Part shown: positions 48,808 through 58,542 of the stretch, in pieces
Numbering within the stretch: the stretch's first letter is position 1
Layout: every line of letters begins with the position of its first letter
From: an uncultured bacterium
GTDB taxonomy: Bacteria; Zixibacteria; MSB-5A5; GN15; FEB-12
Direction of reading: 5' to 3'
NCBI GenBank assembly: GCA_965372795.1
Contig: CBDVDR010000003.1
Span: 1-64,000 of the forward strand
Length of the DNA stretch: 64,000 nucleotides
Notes under the pieces: generated by a model
Seen by the model: only the letters and a program-made list of their open reading frames with translations
Databases searched by the model: none
Told to the model about the DNA's origin: nothing
Program-made: the position numbers and the translations under genes

Positions 48808-49123
48808 CAGTACCAATTAACTTCTTCAATAATGTAATTACTACACGCTTTTTAACAATCGCTATTGCCTCTACACGATCTATAGTCCTGTTTTCTATCC
48901 TAAAATATTAAACATATCACTTATTTTTCTACCCAATATTCTTATAAGAAGAGACACGCAGCATTACCACATCAAGAGAAGAAACTTATTATGTTGTTAG
49001 ACAATGAGATACGTCTGCGTTGTGATGTTTTACTTAAAATATGATTTTGAAATATTACTTTTTTTAGTATATTGATAGAAGACTGAAACAGACATTTTGA
49101 GCTTGCTTATTGTACTATTATTC

Positions 49124-49142
49124 AATAAGTTAGTAACTTATT
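49124..49142. promoter_or_regulatory. Perfect operator-like palindrome
   Basis: aataagtta-g-taacttatt, about 85 nt upstream of ORF 49229. Confidence 0.45.
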
Positions 49143-49228
49143 AGTTGAGAAAACCGAATAATATATATACAATAACAGATGGAATTATGAAAACTAAAAT
49201 GGGGTTAAGCTAAAGCTTTTAAAATTAT

Positions 49229-49921
49229 ATGCTGGATTTTTTCGATTATTTATATATTGTAACCGGTGCCCTCGGAGTTGGCAGTGTAATTTCTACCTAC
49301 AATAAATATAAAGGTGAATCCTCACCTAGTTATAGCTATTACGATGATAAACATTTGGTTGCCGACATTGTTATAGAGCTTATTAAAGATTCTAAAGACG
49401 GACATCTGTGGACAATCGCAGGTGAGCTTGATCCGTTGTTTTATATTAAAGTTAAAGATATTATTTTATATCAGATAGATAATCACAATATGTCTGTTTC
49501 TGCGATAGCTGGTCCAAATATTTGCATCGAGGATAAGCTATATGATCAATTTGAAAACAAAGAAATTGAATACTGGCAGGCACACCCGCTACTTGAAGTT
49601 ATCCATAGAAGCAAAAATAAAAATGCATCTTTATATTTAAGAAAAAAAGGTATTTCTTCATTTGAAACACATTGTTTTTGTTCATCGAAAAAAACGAATC
49701 AATGTATTTCAGAAAGAGCTCATATCGAATTAGCGCCTAGTCCGGTTATTCTTGAAGAGGGTTCAAGTTTTGGATACGGGAAGATGTTCGACAGATTTAA
49801 CGATCACATAGAAAATAAGAATGTTGAATTATGGGATCCCGAAAGTGAAAACGCAGCAGATATCAGCAAAACTTTTAAAAGGTATTCTGTATTTTATTCA
49901 GAAGCAAAGCATCTATTATAA
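49229..49921 (+). CDS. Hypothetical protein with N-terminal TM and possible PLD-like fold
   Basis: 230 aa; LWTIAGELDP and THCF...ISERAH segments. Confidence 0.55.
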   Translation: MLDFFDYLYIVTGALGVGSVISTYNKYKGESSPSYSYYDDKHLVADIVIELIKDSKDGHLWTIAGELDPLFYIKVKDIILYQIDNHNMSVSAIAGPNICIEDKLYDQFENKEIEYWQAHPLLEVIHRSKNKNASLYLRKKGISSFETHCFCSSKKTNQCISERAHIELAPSPVILEEGSSFGYGKMFDRFNDHIENKNVELWDPESENAADISKTFKRYSVFYSEAKHLL

Positions 49922-49930
49922 TATCTTTGT

Positions 49931-50530
49931 ATGAAGCATAGTTTAAATAAATTTTTAAATGTATTCGCTATAGTTATATTTTTGGTTATAGTAGTGCCAA
50001 CTTTTGCAAATGCAAATAGCAATGCTGGACAAGTAGTTTCTAAAAATCTTAGTCATATAGTTTCTGATAGTTTATCAAAAGTTATAACAATGTGTTTTGC
50101 GATTATAACTCTGCTTTTAGCTTTTTATGCTCTATTTTCCAATTTTGCAATCCCGGAACATAACGAATTAGGATCATATAAAATAAGAGAATTAAAAATT
50201 TGGCTCCTGCGCCAAAAGTTTTTTTATATGCCCTTCGGAAAAGCTATATTTTTTATAATAGAATTTGTTTTATTCATTTTGCTGGTTTCTATCTTAAATG
50301 ATTTTCTTAGATTTGAGATTGTAAGGAATATTCTTGTGATCCTTCACATGTTCCTATTTATTTTTATTATTCATTTATTTTTTGGAATAAAAAGGGAAAT
50401 TATACCAGCTTATAATCATTCTGAGGCATTAAAAAAACAAGAGGCTAAACTTAGAACAAATTTGACAGAGAAGAATCGTCTTTTACTTTCAAAAATCCTT
50501 GAGTCTGTAAACGAAATTAAAAATAAATAG
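49931..50530 (+). CDS. Hypothetical multi-TM protein with C-terminal coiled coil
   Basis: Four hydrophobic segments; 9 nt from the upstream gene. Confidence 0.6.
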   Translation: MKHSLNKFLNVFAIVIFLVIVVPTFANANSNAGQVVSKNLSHIVSDSLSKVITMCFAIITLLLAFYALFSNFAIPEHNELGSYKIRELKIWLLRQKFFYMPFGKAIFFIIEFVLFILLVSILNDFLRFEIVRNILVILHMFLFIFIIHLFFGIKREIIPAYNHSEALKKQEAKLRTNLTEKNRLLLSKILESVNEIKNK

Positions 50531-50567
50531 TATTTCTACAGATTTAACCCCGACACAACCAATAACA

Positions 50568-50608
50568 TTCCAAATTCCCCACAGAATCACTGGTGAACCA
50601 AAACTCAA
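50568..50608. repeat. Direct repeat copy 1 flanking the 50613-51653 gene
   Basis: ttccaaattccccacagaatcactggtgaaccaaaactca. Confidence 0.85.
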
Positions 50609-50612
50609 TCGC

Positions 50613-51653
50613 TTAGTTATTTCCTATATAATCTATTGATTTTTTAATTTGATTTGAGAAATCATCAGGGTATTCATGGCCTATATCCGGAAATATAACT
50701 ATTTTATTGGCAACTGCCATTTTATCAAATATAACTGACATCTCTTTTTGTCTCTCTATAGCCCAATCATTTTCGCCGCATATCATTGAAACTCTTAACC
50801 CGTTTAAACCAGCCGTATAAATTTCATCGGCGCCAAATTCTCTTGGTTTAACTGGAAAGGCAAGTATCAATCCCTGAACCGATATATGATTATTAATAGC
50901 CAAATCAATCGATACCATGCCACCGGCTGATGGTCCGCCAAGAATAACTTTTGAAGTATCAATTAAGTAATCTTCTCTGATTTTATTAAATATATTTTTA
51001 ATATCAGTTTTACCATTTTGCCCAAATCTACGTTTTGAAGAACACTTGAAATTTCTACCCTGCACATATGCTACGATATAGTTTTCGTTCAAAATCGGAG
51101 CTTGCCAATAATGATTTACGGATTGAATACTACCAACTCCACCATGAAAAACCATCAATAGGGGATATCTTTTATTTTCATCATAATTATTTGGTTTTTG
51201 AATATAATATTCAGCCTTTGAATTTTCTTTTTCCTTCTTAACTAATTCGTTATTTTGTTTCAGTAAAGCTGTATATCTTTCATCGTTTTCAAAAGACTTG
51301 GTGTATGTGGGATAAGTACGATCTCTTATTTGAAAGAAAACAGATACCCCTGAATTAATTAATCCTTCACACATTCCGAAATATTTTTCTATTTGTTCCG
51401 GTGTTGAGTATAGAGCTCCTAATTCATGTAATAAGCCTGCTTTTGACAAATTATTATCTGCTTTATAAAAAGCATCTTCAAATATTTTGATTGCGGCATT
51501 TGTGTCTGCCTCAATTATAGGAGCAGTTTTCTCATATAATTCTCGGTATTCAGTATCACTTTCAATTTGTTTTAATTCTTTAATATCCTGACTACAAACG
51601 GTCAAACTCATCGACAATGTACAAATCATAAAAATAGCTAGTTTAACAACCAT
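50613..51653 (-). CDS. Secreted alpha/beta hydrolase (esterase-like)
   Basis: YPLLMVFHG, GPSAGG, GEND, GHEYP; signal peptide. Confidence 0.8.
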   Translation of the reverse strand: MVVKLAIFMICTLSMSLTVCSQDIKELKQIESDTEYRELYEKTAPIIEADTNAAIKIFEDAFYKADNNLSKAGLLHELGALYSTPEQIEKYFGMCEGLINSGVSVFFQIRDRTYPTYTKSFENDERYTALLKQNNELVKKEKENSKAEYYIQKPNNYDENKRYPLLMVFHGGVGSIQSVNHYWQAPILNENYIVAYVQGRNFKCSSKRRFGQNGKTDIKNIFNKIREDYLIDTSKVILGGPSAGGMVSIDLAINNHISVQGLILAFPVKPREFGADEIYTAGLNGLRVSMICGENDWAIERQKEMSVIFDKMAVANKIVIFPDIGHEYPDDFSNQIKKSIDYIGNN

Positions 51654-51703
51654 CGTAATTCCTTTAATTATGTGTTAATTAAGATCAAGTACTCATAAAT
51701 TGG

Positions 51704-51731
51704 ATTACGGCATTGATTATAAAAAGTTGCC
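51704..51731 (-). promoter_or_regulatory. ECF sigma-type promoter GGCAAC-N16-CGTAAT
   Basis: Minus strand, 50 nt upstream of ATG 51653. Confidence 0.55.
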
Positions 51732-51822
51732 ATCAGAGACTATTTTATATAATAATATTGATAATTAAAATAAGATATTATTTGTGTTGATTTATTATTC
51801 TATATTTTCATTAAGATTTAAT

Positions 51823-51862
51823 TTCCAAATTCCCCACAAATTCACTGGTGATCCAAAACTCA
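51823..51862. repeat. Direct repeat copy 2
   Basis: ttccaaattccccacaaattcactggtgatccaaaactca. Confidence 0.85.
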
Positions 51863-52021
51863 TCTTCAACTATAAAAGGGAACAGTGAGTTATGCCCAAA
51901 ATAGAATCTGTAAGTCCCACTATGAGAGAATCAAACATGAATATAACAACCATACGAAGTGTGTCTTCCATGTTCTGTTGGGTCCTGATTTGCGAAAGGC
52001 AAATTGTGACCCGACAGTTTT

Positions 52022-52048
52022 GTAGGGCGGGATCCCTGTGATCCCGCC
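52022..52048 (+). repeat. GTAG-family REP-like palindrome
   Basis: GTAG + GGCGGGATC-cctgt-GATCCCGCC. Confidence 0.7.
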
Positions 52049-52079
52049 AAAAATAAGGAAAACATTAAAAGTGAGCAAA

Positions 52080-52494
52080 CGAACCCAATTGATTGTACTT
52101 ATTTATCTCAGAAAGACTTACAGTGATTATTTGAGTTCACCTACAACGTCAGAATAAACCACACAAAGTGTGTCAGAATAAATCACACGAAGTGTGCGAA
52201 CCCATTTTCGCTGTACAAGGATACAATAGAACAACTTACGAGGAATTATTGATCTTTACATACAACGTCAGAATAAAACACACAACGTGTGCGAACCCAT
52301 TTTCGCTGTACAAGGAAACAACAGAACAACTTACGAGAAATCATTGATCTTTACTTACTACGTTAGAATAAAACACACAAAGTGTGTCAGAATAAATCAC
52401 ACGAAGTGTGCGAAACGAACCCAATTCTCTGTACCATCTTTTGTCTAAAAGAGTTACGAGGAAAAACAGATGAAAAATACACACGAAGTGTGTG
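52080..52494. repeat. Degenerate tandem repeat array, four units, non-CRISPR
   Basis: CGAACCCA at 52080, 52197, 52292 and 52416, each followed by a 27-nt GTAC..TTAC box and CACAC-nnn-GTGTG hairpins. Confidence 0.9.
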
Positions 52495-52547
52495 TTGCAC
52501 GTTTAAGTATTTATATTATATTATGTCCATCTAACAAAGGATGAATT

Positions 52548-52994
52548 ATGAATAAAAAAGTTTCATTGATAATATTAATAATCGCTATTGCTATCACAAG
52601 CTGTACCCTCAAATCAACCGACCCCAACGATCAGACACCCCGCCAAAAATGGGAAGCTATGGAACTGGATAATTACGCCCTCGAACAGACTCGCCTATGT
52701 TTTTGTATTGATGGCGGTAGAAAAGCAATTTTGAATATTGCCAACGATTCAATCCTCTCGGGATTTTATGCTGACAACAACGAAGAGATCAATGAATCCT
52801 TTATTGTTAATCATAAATCGGTAACCGAACTGTTTGACTGGCTGGATCACTTGGCTACAATTAGCCCCCATAAACTCGAAGTAGACTATGATTCCTTAAC
52901 CGGTTATCCGACCCGTATTTATGTCGATAAGGTCGAGACAATGGTTGATGAAGAAATAGCGATAGTTACAAAATTGTTAATTCCTGAAAACTAA
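52548..52994 (+). CDS. DUF6174-like lipoprotein
   Basis: Lipobox ITSC; KW....NY...CFC...ELFD...YD..TGYP...DEE. Confidence 0.7.
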   Translation: MNKKVSLIILIIAIAITSCTLKSTDPNDQTPRQKWEAMELDNYALEQTRLCFCIDGGRKAILNIANDSILSGFYADNNEEINESFIVNHKSVTELFDWLDHLATISPHKLEVDYDSLTGYPTRIYVDKVETMVDEEIAIVTKLLIPEN

Positions 52995-54667
52995 ACAGGT
53001 TTCGCAGGGGGGACCATCACCGATTTTTCACGTTCAACCGTTACCAGTCCCGGTTTTGCCTTGCGTGGTTTCCGAACATATTTACGTTCACAATAAATAA
53101 CCGGCACCAGCGAATTTTTTCTGGCTTTGCTGTAAAAGGCTGCTACCGATGCGGTTTCTTCGATTTCAAGTTTTGATGGTACAAACGACTTATTGGGAAA
53201 TTTCAAAACAACGTGCGATCCTGGGCATTGCTGGGCATGAAACCAAAGTTCATACGGTTTGGCAAAATCAAAAGTTGTCCGGTCGTTGTCGGAACCATCC
53301 CGCCCGACAAAGATAGTTGCTCCGGTGGTCAGCTTGTACTCTTTGTAAGGAAGCCGAACGGCTGTTGGTACTAATTGAGTTCCAGCTTCTTTTGGTAAGA
53401 GAGATTGTATCTCCTGATTATATTTCATTGAAGCATTTTCAAAATTATCATCAAGCTCAGAATACATGGTCTGTAAATTTATTAATTCGCTTGAGGAAAT
53501 TTCCAATCGTCTTTGAAGCAGTTCCAGTCCTTCACGACCTTTGCGATGTTTCTTAAAATATCGCTCGGCATTTTCCGCCGGAGTCAACGCCGGTTCCAGC
53601 TTGATTTCGATTTGTATCTGAGGTTCGACAAAAATATCCTCTAAGATTATTTTGTCATTTCCCTTTTTGATATCATGAAGATTTATCTGAATCAGTTCAC
53701 CGATCTTTTTAAATTTCTCAAAATGGGTTGCTTCACCAACATCGACTTCAATTTTCTTAACTCGCCGGTCGAGTTTTTTGATCTGCCTCTTAACAGCACT
53801 CATTAGATCTTTGCGAACATCACGTTTCTCAACCGATGTCTGTCGCTGATTCACCATTGCCATCATAGCTAATGAAAGGGTCTTGAATTTCTCCGGTTGA
53901 CTATCTACTGATGTTAGCTTAAACGGATAGGCTTCAAAATTGCCATTAAAATTATAGAGGTACCCGGTTTCGGCTTGTTGAAACAATTTGCAGAGACTCT
54001 TAAATGAATCTAACAAAGTAACGAAGTTCCCCGGTTCTAATTCATCGACATCCAGAAGTTTGAGCCCGGCTCTTTGAACGATTTCTTCTGAGAGGGAACG
54101 GTTGAACCCGATAAGATTTTTTTCAATAATCCAGCTAATTTGACTTTCGGGAAATTTTTCAAAAAGCTCAGCCAATGATTCATTTGTAAGATCAGCCGGG
54201 TTAATTCTGTTTTTGGGAGGTAGAAAACTATAAACCTCTTTTTCGATATAATCCCGTTTTCTCAAAGTTGCGTTTCGATACAAATTTTCATCAAGCAGCC
54301 ACAAATTTCCGTTGGGACCGATACCTTCACAGATCAGAAAAGATTTTTTATTATTAGAAGATAACTCAATTTTAAAAATCCGATCAAAACCGACCTGTTC
54401 GATATTTTCAATAATTGCGCCTTCAAGTCTGAAAATCGGCCAGGGTTTTTCACGGGTGGTCAGTTTGATTTTCGAGGCCGGCACACAGTAAAGTCCATGT
54501 CCGGTAGGATGATATGAAAATGCCAGGGCATTGGTTTTTTTATCATTTTTTATGAAAAAATACGCTGTTCGTTCTTTTTTATAAAACTCAGTTGATACAA
54601 TTTTGCCGCCAATCAGTTCGCTTTTTAACTGTTCAACTAATGCTGTTATGTGAAACGCTGTTTGCAT
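52991..54667 (-). CDS. rqcH: NFACT / RqcH (FbpA-like) ribosome quality control protein
   Basis: FDRIF, ENAERYFKK, VGRDGSDND, WFHAQQCPGSHV, KYVRKP..AKPGLV. Confidence 0.85.
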   Translation of the reverse strand: MQTAFHITALVEQLKSELIGGKIVSTEFYKKERTAYFFIKNDKKTNALAFSYHPTGHGLYCVPASKIKLTTREKPWPIFRLEGAIIENIEQVGFDRIFKIELSSNNKKSFLICEGIGPNGNLWLLDENLYRNATLRKRDYIEKEVYSFLPPKNRINPADLTNESLAELFEKFPESQISWIIEKNLIGFNRSLSEEIVQRAGLKLLDVDELEPGNFVTLLDSFKSLCKLFQQAETGYLYNFNGNFEAYPFKLTSVDSQPEKFKTLSLAMMAMVNQRQTSVEKRDVRKDLMSAVKRQIKKLDRRVKKIEVDVGEATHFEKFKKIGELIQINLHDIKKGNDKIILEDIFVEPQIQIEIKLEPALTPAENAERYFKKHRKGREGLELLQRRLEISSSELINLQTMYSELDDNFENASMKYNQEIQSLLPKEAGTQLVPTAVRLPYKEYKLTTGATIFVGRDGSDNDRTTFDFAKPYELWFHAQQCPGSHVVLKFPNKSFVPSKLEIEETASVAAFYSKARKNSLVPVIYCERKYVRKPRKAKPGLVTVEREKSVMVPPAKPV

Positions 54668-54750
54668 GGCGGAAATATACGAAAAAGAAATACTTATAAA
54701 AGCTCAAATAAGCCAATTTTTTGCAACTAATAGATTGTTATATTCGTTTA

Positions 54751-54893
54751 ATTAATAGAGCCTTTGATGTGGAGGCTTGATGAAGTTAGGGTTAGTACCT
54801 ACTCTCATTGAGACGATGGAGCACGGATGATTCATCGTCTCAAAGTTATTTTCTTAAACTAAGAAACGGCGAGCAAGGATGCTTGCCGTTTTT
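54751..54893 (+). ncRNA. Candidate small RNA with tandem hairpins and GGA-containing loops
   Basis: Four to five adjacent hairpins with G-U pairs favouring the plus strand; extended -10 TGtTATATT at 54736-54744. Confidence 0.45.
54864..54893. terminator. Intrinsic terminator hairpin downstream of fumC
   Basis: aaacggcgagca-agga-tgcttgccgttttt. Confidence 0.8.
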
Positions 54894-54907
54894 ATTTATT
54901 CAAACTA

Positions 54908-56299
54908 TCAAGCTTTTGGTCCGATCATATTTTCCGGACGAACAAATTTATCAAAATCTTCTTCAGTTAGAAGCTTAAGTTCAACAGCCGCCTGTTTCAA
55001 AGTTGTACCGTCAGCATGAGCTTTTTTTGCAATTTTAGCCGCATTGTCATATCCGATATGCGGATTTAAGGCTGTGACCAGCATCAAAGAGTTTTCAAGA
55101 TTCTTTTGAATGTTCTTCAAATCCGGTTCGATTCCGACCGCACAGCGATCATTGAACATATCGCAGGAATCAGCAATTAGTCTGATTGATTGTAACAAAT
55201 TATAAGCCATCACCGGTTTGTAAACATTCAACTCAAAATTACCGGAAGCCCCGCCAAAATTAACAGCAACATCATTGCCGAAGACCTGAGCACAAACCAT
55301 CGTCATAGCTTCCGGTTGGGTCGGGTTGACTTTACCCGGCATAATTGATGAACCCGGTTCATTGGCAGGAATAGAAATTTCGCCGATTCCACAACGGGGA
55401 CCAGATGCCAGCCAGCGGATATCATTGGCAATTTTCATCAAAGAGGCTGCTATTGTTTTCATTATTCCGGAGGCTTCTACAATAGCATCATGGGTGGCAA
55501 GTGATTCAAATTTGTTGGGTGACGTGACAAAATTTAATCCGGTGATATTAGCAATCTGAGCGGCAACCTTTTTGGCAAAATCTGGATGAGTGTTCAGTCC
55601 GGTTCCAACTGCTGTTCCGCCGAGGGCGAGAGGGTAGAGTCTGACCAAACAACTATCAATGCGGTCAAGTCCCAAAGTCAACGCTTCAGCATAACCAGAA
55701 AATTCCTGACCAAGCGTTAATGGGGTAGCATCCATCAGATGAGTGCGTCCGATTTTTATAATATCTTTGAAATCTTCAGATTTATTCTGGAGCGTATCGC
55801 GAAGTTTGGTAATCATCGGTATCAATCGGCGATGGATCTCTTCAACCGGGGCAACATGCATCGCTGTTGGGAAGGTATCGTTCGATGATTGAGCTTTGTT
55901 GACATCATCATTGGGATGAATCGGTTTTTTACTGCCGAGTTCACCACCGGCAATTTCAATTGCCCGATTAGCGATGACTTCGTTGGTATTCATATTAGTC
56001 TGGGTGCCGGAACCGGTCTGCCAGACAACGAGTGGGAAATGGTCATCAAGTTTTCCATCGATAACTTCATCAGCGGCTTGAACGATAAGATCGCCTTTTT
56101 CTTTGGAAAGAGTTCCCAGCTCCATATTTACCAGAGCCGCAGCTTTTTTGACGATTCCCATTCCGCGGATAATTTCACGAGGCATGGTTTCGGTGCCGAT
56201 TTTGAAATTTATCAATGAGCGAGCGGTTTGACATCCGTAATATTTATCAGTTGGGACCTGCATTTCGCCCATAGTATCAGTTTCAATCCTGTAATCCAT
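54908..56299 (-). CDS. fumC: Class II fumarate hydratase
   Basis: [35 protein letters not shown]. Confidence 0.97.
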   Translation of the reverse strand: MDYRIETDTMGEMQVPTDKYYGCQTARSLINFKIGTETMPREIIRGMGIVKKAAALVNMELGTLSKEKGDLIVQAADEVIDGKLDDHFPLVVWQTGSGTQTNMNTNEVIANRAIEIAGGELGSKKPIHPNDDVNKAQSSNDTFPTAMHVAPVEEIHRRLIPMITKLRDTLQNKSEDFKDIIKIGRTHLMDATPLTLGQEFSGYAEALTLGLDRIDSCLVRLYPLALGGTAVGTGLNTHPDFAKKVAAQIANITGLNFVTSPNKFESLATHDAIVEASGIMKTIAASLMKIANDIRWLASGPRCGIGEISIPANEPGSSIMPGKVNPTQPEAMTMVCAQVFGNDVAVNFGGASGNFELNVYKPVMAYNLLQSIRLIADSCDMFNDRCAVGIEPDLKNIQKNLENSLMLVTALNPHIGYDNAAKIAKKAHADGTTLKQAAVELKLLTEEDFDKFVRPENMIGPKA

Positions 56300-56472
56300 A
56301 ATATATCCTTCCAATTTTCTGTTTTAACAAATCAAGAAAAGAATATAACTACTTCTCAAATGATGGCAAGATGATTTAAATAAAAGGATTTGATTGATGG
56401 GTAATATTGTCTGGTATTATAAAAAACCCCTCAGCTAATGCCAAGGGGTATATATTGATAAGGTCGTATTGC

Positions 56473-56754
56473 TTAGTAGCGACCGCCGCCACCGCCACCA
56501 CCGCGATTATCGTCGCGTGGGCGAGCTTCGTTTACGCGCAGGCTTCTACCGTGAAAATCTTTTCCATTGGTTTCTGCAACAGCCGTTGCTCCGGCTGTAT
56601 CATCAGTCATTTCAATAAAACCAAAGCCACGGGATTTACCGGTCATGCGATCGATAACTATTTTAGCTGAAGTTACTTCGCCGTAACCTCCAAACAATTC
56701 ACTTAAATCATTTTCGCTTACTTCAAAAGCGATGTTTCCTACATAAATATTCAT
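56473..56754 (-). CDS. RRM RNA-binding protein with Gly-rich tail
   Basis: IYVGNI (RNP2), RGFGFIEM (RNP1), RGGGGGGGRY. Confidence 0.93.
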   Translation of the reverse strand: MNIYVGNIAFEVSENDLSELFGGYGEVTSAKIVIDRMTGKSRGFGFIEMTDDTAGATAVAETNGKDFHGRSLRVNEARPRDDNRGGGGGGGRY

Positions 56755-56809
56755 CTTAAAAGACTCCGTATAAAAGTTAAAATTAAAAGTGACAAATTAA
56801 AAACACCAA

Positions 56810-56883
56810 CTACAAATAAGTCCTCCTCACAAACCCTTCAGTTCTAATAGAAATCCCGTTTCCGGCGCGAGGAAAACTTGTAG
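56810..56883 (-). promoter_or_regulatory. Structured 5' leader of the RRM gene
   Basis: ctacaagttttcctcgcg pairs with tgtgaggaggac..ttgtag, enclosing CCG-GAAA-CGG. Confidence 0.5.
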
Positions 56884-56928
56884 ATTCAACCAGAACACAA
56901 CTGTAAAAATCATAAAACGCCAATATGA

Positions 56929-58497
56929 TCAATCCTTTTCGTTTTCAGAAATTTGCAACAATATTTTTGAAACCGGTACGGTGCCTTCTTTAGTATCTTT
57001 CATCTGAGGGAAAAACAAAACGTCCCGGATTGAATGCTGATTAGTCAGCAGCATAATAAGGCGATCAACCCCGAAGCCTAATCCGCCGGTCGGCGGCATG
57101 CCATAGGCTAGGGCAGTGATAAAGTCATCATCCAAAGGCTGAGCCTCTTCATCACCGGCTTTAATCGCTCGACCTTGTTGTATAAAACGATCAAGCTGAT
57201 CAATCGGATCATTGAGTTCACTAAAAGCATTACCCATCTCCTGATTGGCAATGAAAAGTTCGAACCTTTCGGTAAGTCCTTTTTTAGTGCGATGCATTTT
57301 GGCAAAGGGAGATATTTCGACCGGGAAATCACAGACAAATGTTGGTTGAATCAGAGTTGGTTCAACAACAGCTTCCCAAACAGCTTCTACTACTTTACCC
57401 CAGTTAATTAAACTGTCTTCATCAATACCGAGTTTCAAATCTTTAACTTTCTTTTTTGCCTCTTCATATGACAAGTCATTAAAGTCGATGTTGGTTTTTT
57501 CTTTGATGGAGTCAATCATCGGCAGCCATGCAAACGGTTTTTCAAAATCTATTTCGTGTTCGCCGAATGTGATTTTGTAAGTACCGTAAAGTTCAAAAAC
57601 GACTTTGCGAAGCATATCCTCAAACAAGGCAGCTATATCTTTATAGTCGGCAAAAGCCCAGTAAAGCTCCACCATGGTGAACTCGGGATTGTGAAGTCGG
57701 TCCATGCCTTCGTTTCGGAAATCTTTACATAATTCCCAAACTTTATCATATCCTCCAACGATCAACCGTTTGAGATAAAGTTCGTCAGCGATGCGTAAAT
57801 ACATTGGAATGTCAAGGGTATTGTGGTGTGTTGCAAAGGGTTTCGCTAATGCTCCACCATACATCGGCTGTAAAATAGGAGTTTCAACTTCAAGAAATCC
57901 ATGATTGTTCAGATAATTCCTGATAGACTGGACAATTTTTGTCCTTTTAATAAAAACTTCGCGGACTTCCGGATTTACAATTAAATCGGCATACCGGCGG
58001 CGATATCGTTGTTCGATATCAGTTAATCCGGAATGTTTATCAGGCAGGGGATGAAGGGTCTTTGTTAACAATTGCAATTTTGAGATACGAAGAGTTTTTT
58101 CACCCATTTTGGTTATGAAGAGAGTACCTTCACATCCCACAATATCACCAAGATCAATCGAGTTAAACAGATTGAACAACTCTTCACCAACAACATCTTT
58201 TCTGACATAGATCTGGATTCTATTAGAGCTGTCATGCAGATCAGCAAAGAAAGTTTTGCCCATTTTTCGTTTGAGCATAATTCTACCGGCGATTGTGACG
58301 GCAGTTTCTTTTTCAGAAAAAGAATCAAAATTTTCCAACAGTTCATTGATTTTGTGGGAGCGATCAAAACTGTAGGGATAGGGGTTAATCCCTTGTTTTT
58401 TTAATTCTAAAACTTTGTCTCTTCTGATTTTAATTAAATCAGCCAGAGGTATTTGTATCTGATCTTCCTGTGTATTTTTATTGTTCATAAAATTCAT
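56929..58497 (-). CDS. lysS: Lysine--tRNA ligase (class II)
   Basis: OB domain, YLRIADELYLKRL, FRNEG..RLHNPEF, YGMPPTGGLGFGVDRL. Confidence 0.97.
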   Translation of the reverse strand: MNFMNNKNTQEDQIQIPLADLIKIRRDKVLELKKQGINPYPYSFDRSHKINELLENFDSFSEKETAVTIAGRIMLKRKMGKTFFADLHDSSNRIQIYVRKDVVGEELFNLFNSIDLGDIVGCEGTLFITKMGEKTLRISKLQLLTKTLHPLPDKHSGLTDIEQRYRRRYADLIVNPEVREVFIKRTKIVQSIRNYLNNHGFLEVETPILQPMYGGALAKPFATHHNTLDIPMYLRIADELYLKRLIVGGYDKVWELCKDFRNEGMDRLHNPEFTMVELYWAFADYKDIAALFEDMLRKVVFELYGTYKITFGEHEIDFEKPFAWLPMIDSIKEKTNIDFNDLSYEEAKKKVKDLKLGIDEDSLINWGKVVEAVWEAVVEPTLIQPTFVCDFPVEISPFAKMHRTKKGLTERFELFIANQEMGNAFSELNDPIDQLDRFIQQGRAIKAGDEEAQPLDDDFITALAYGMPPTGGLGFGVDRLIMLLTNQHSIRDVLFFPQMKDTKEGTVPVSKILLQISENEKD

Positions 58498-58542
58498 ATA
58501 CTCCGAGAATGTGTCTACAGGTTAATACCGGGTCCTTGCTGC

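Noticed and set aside
52080..52494. CRISPR array
   Set aside because: Units are 95-124 nt, the intervening sequences are related to each other rather than unique spacers, and no cas genes are in the window
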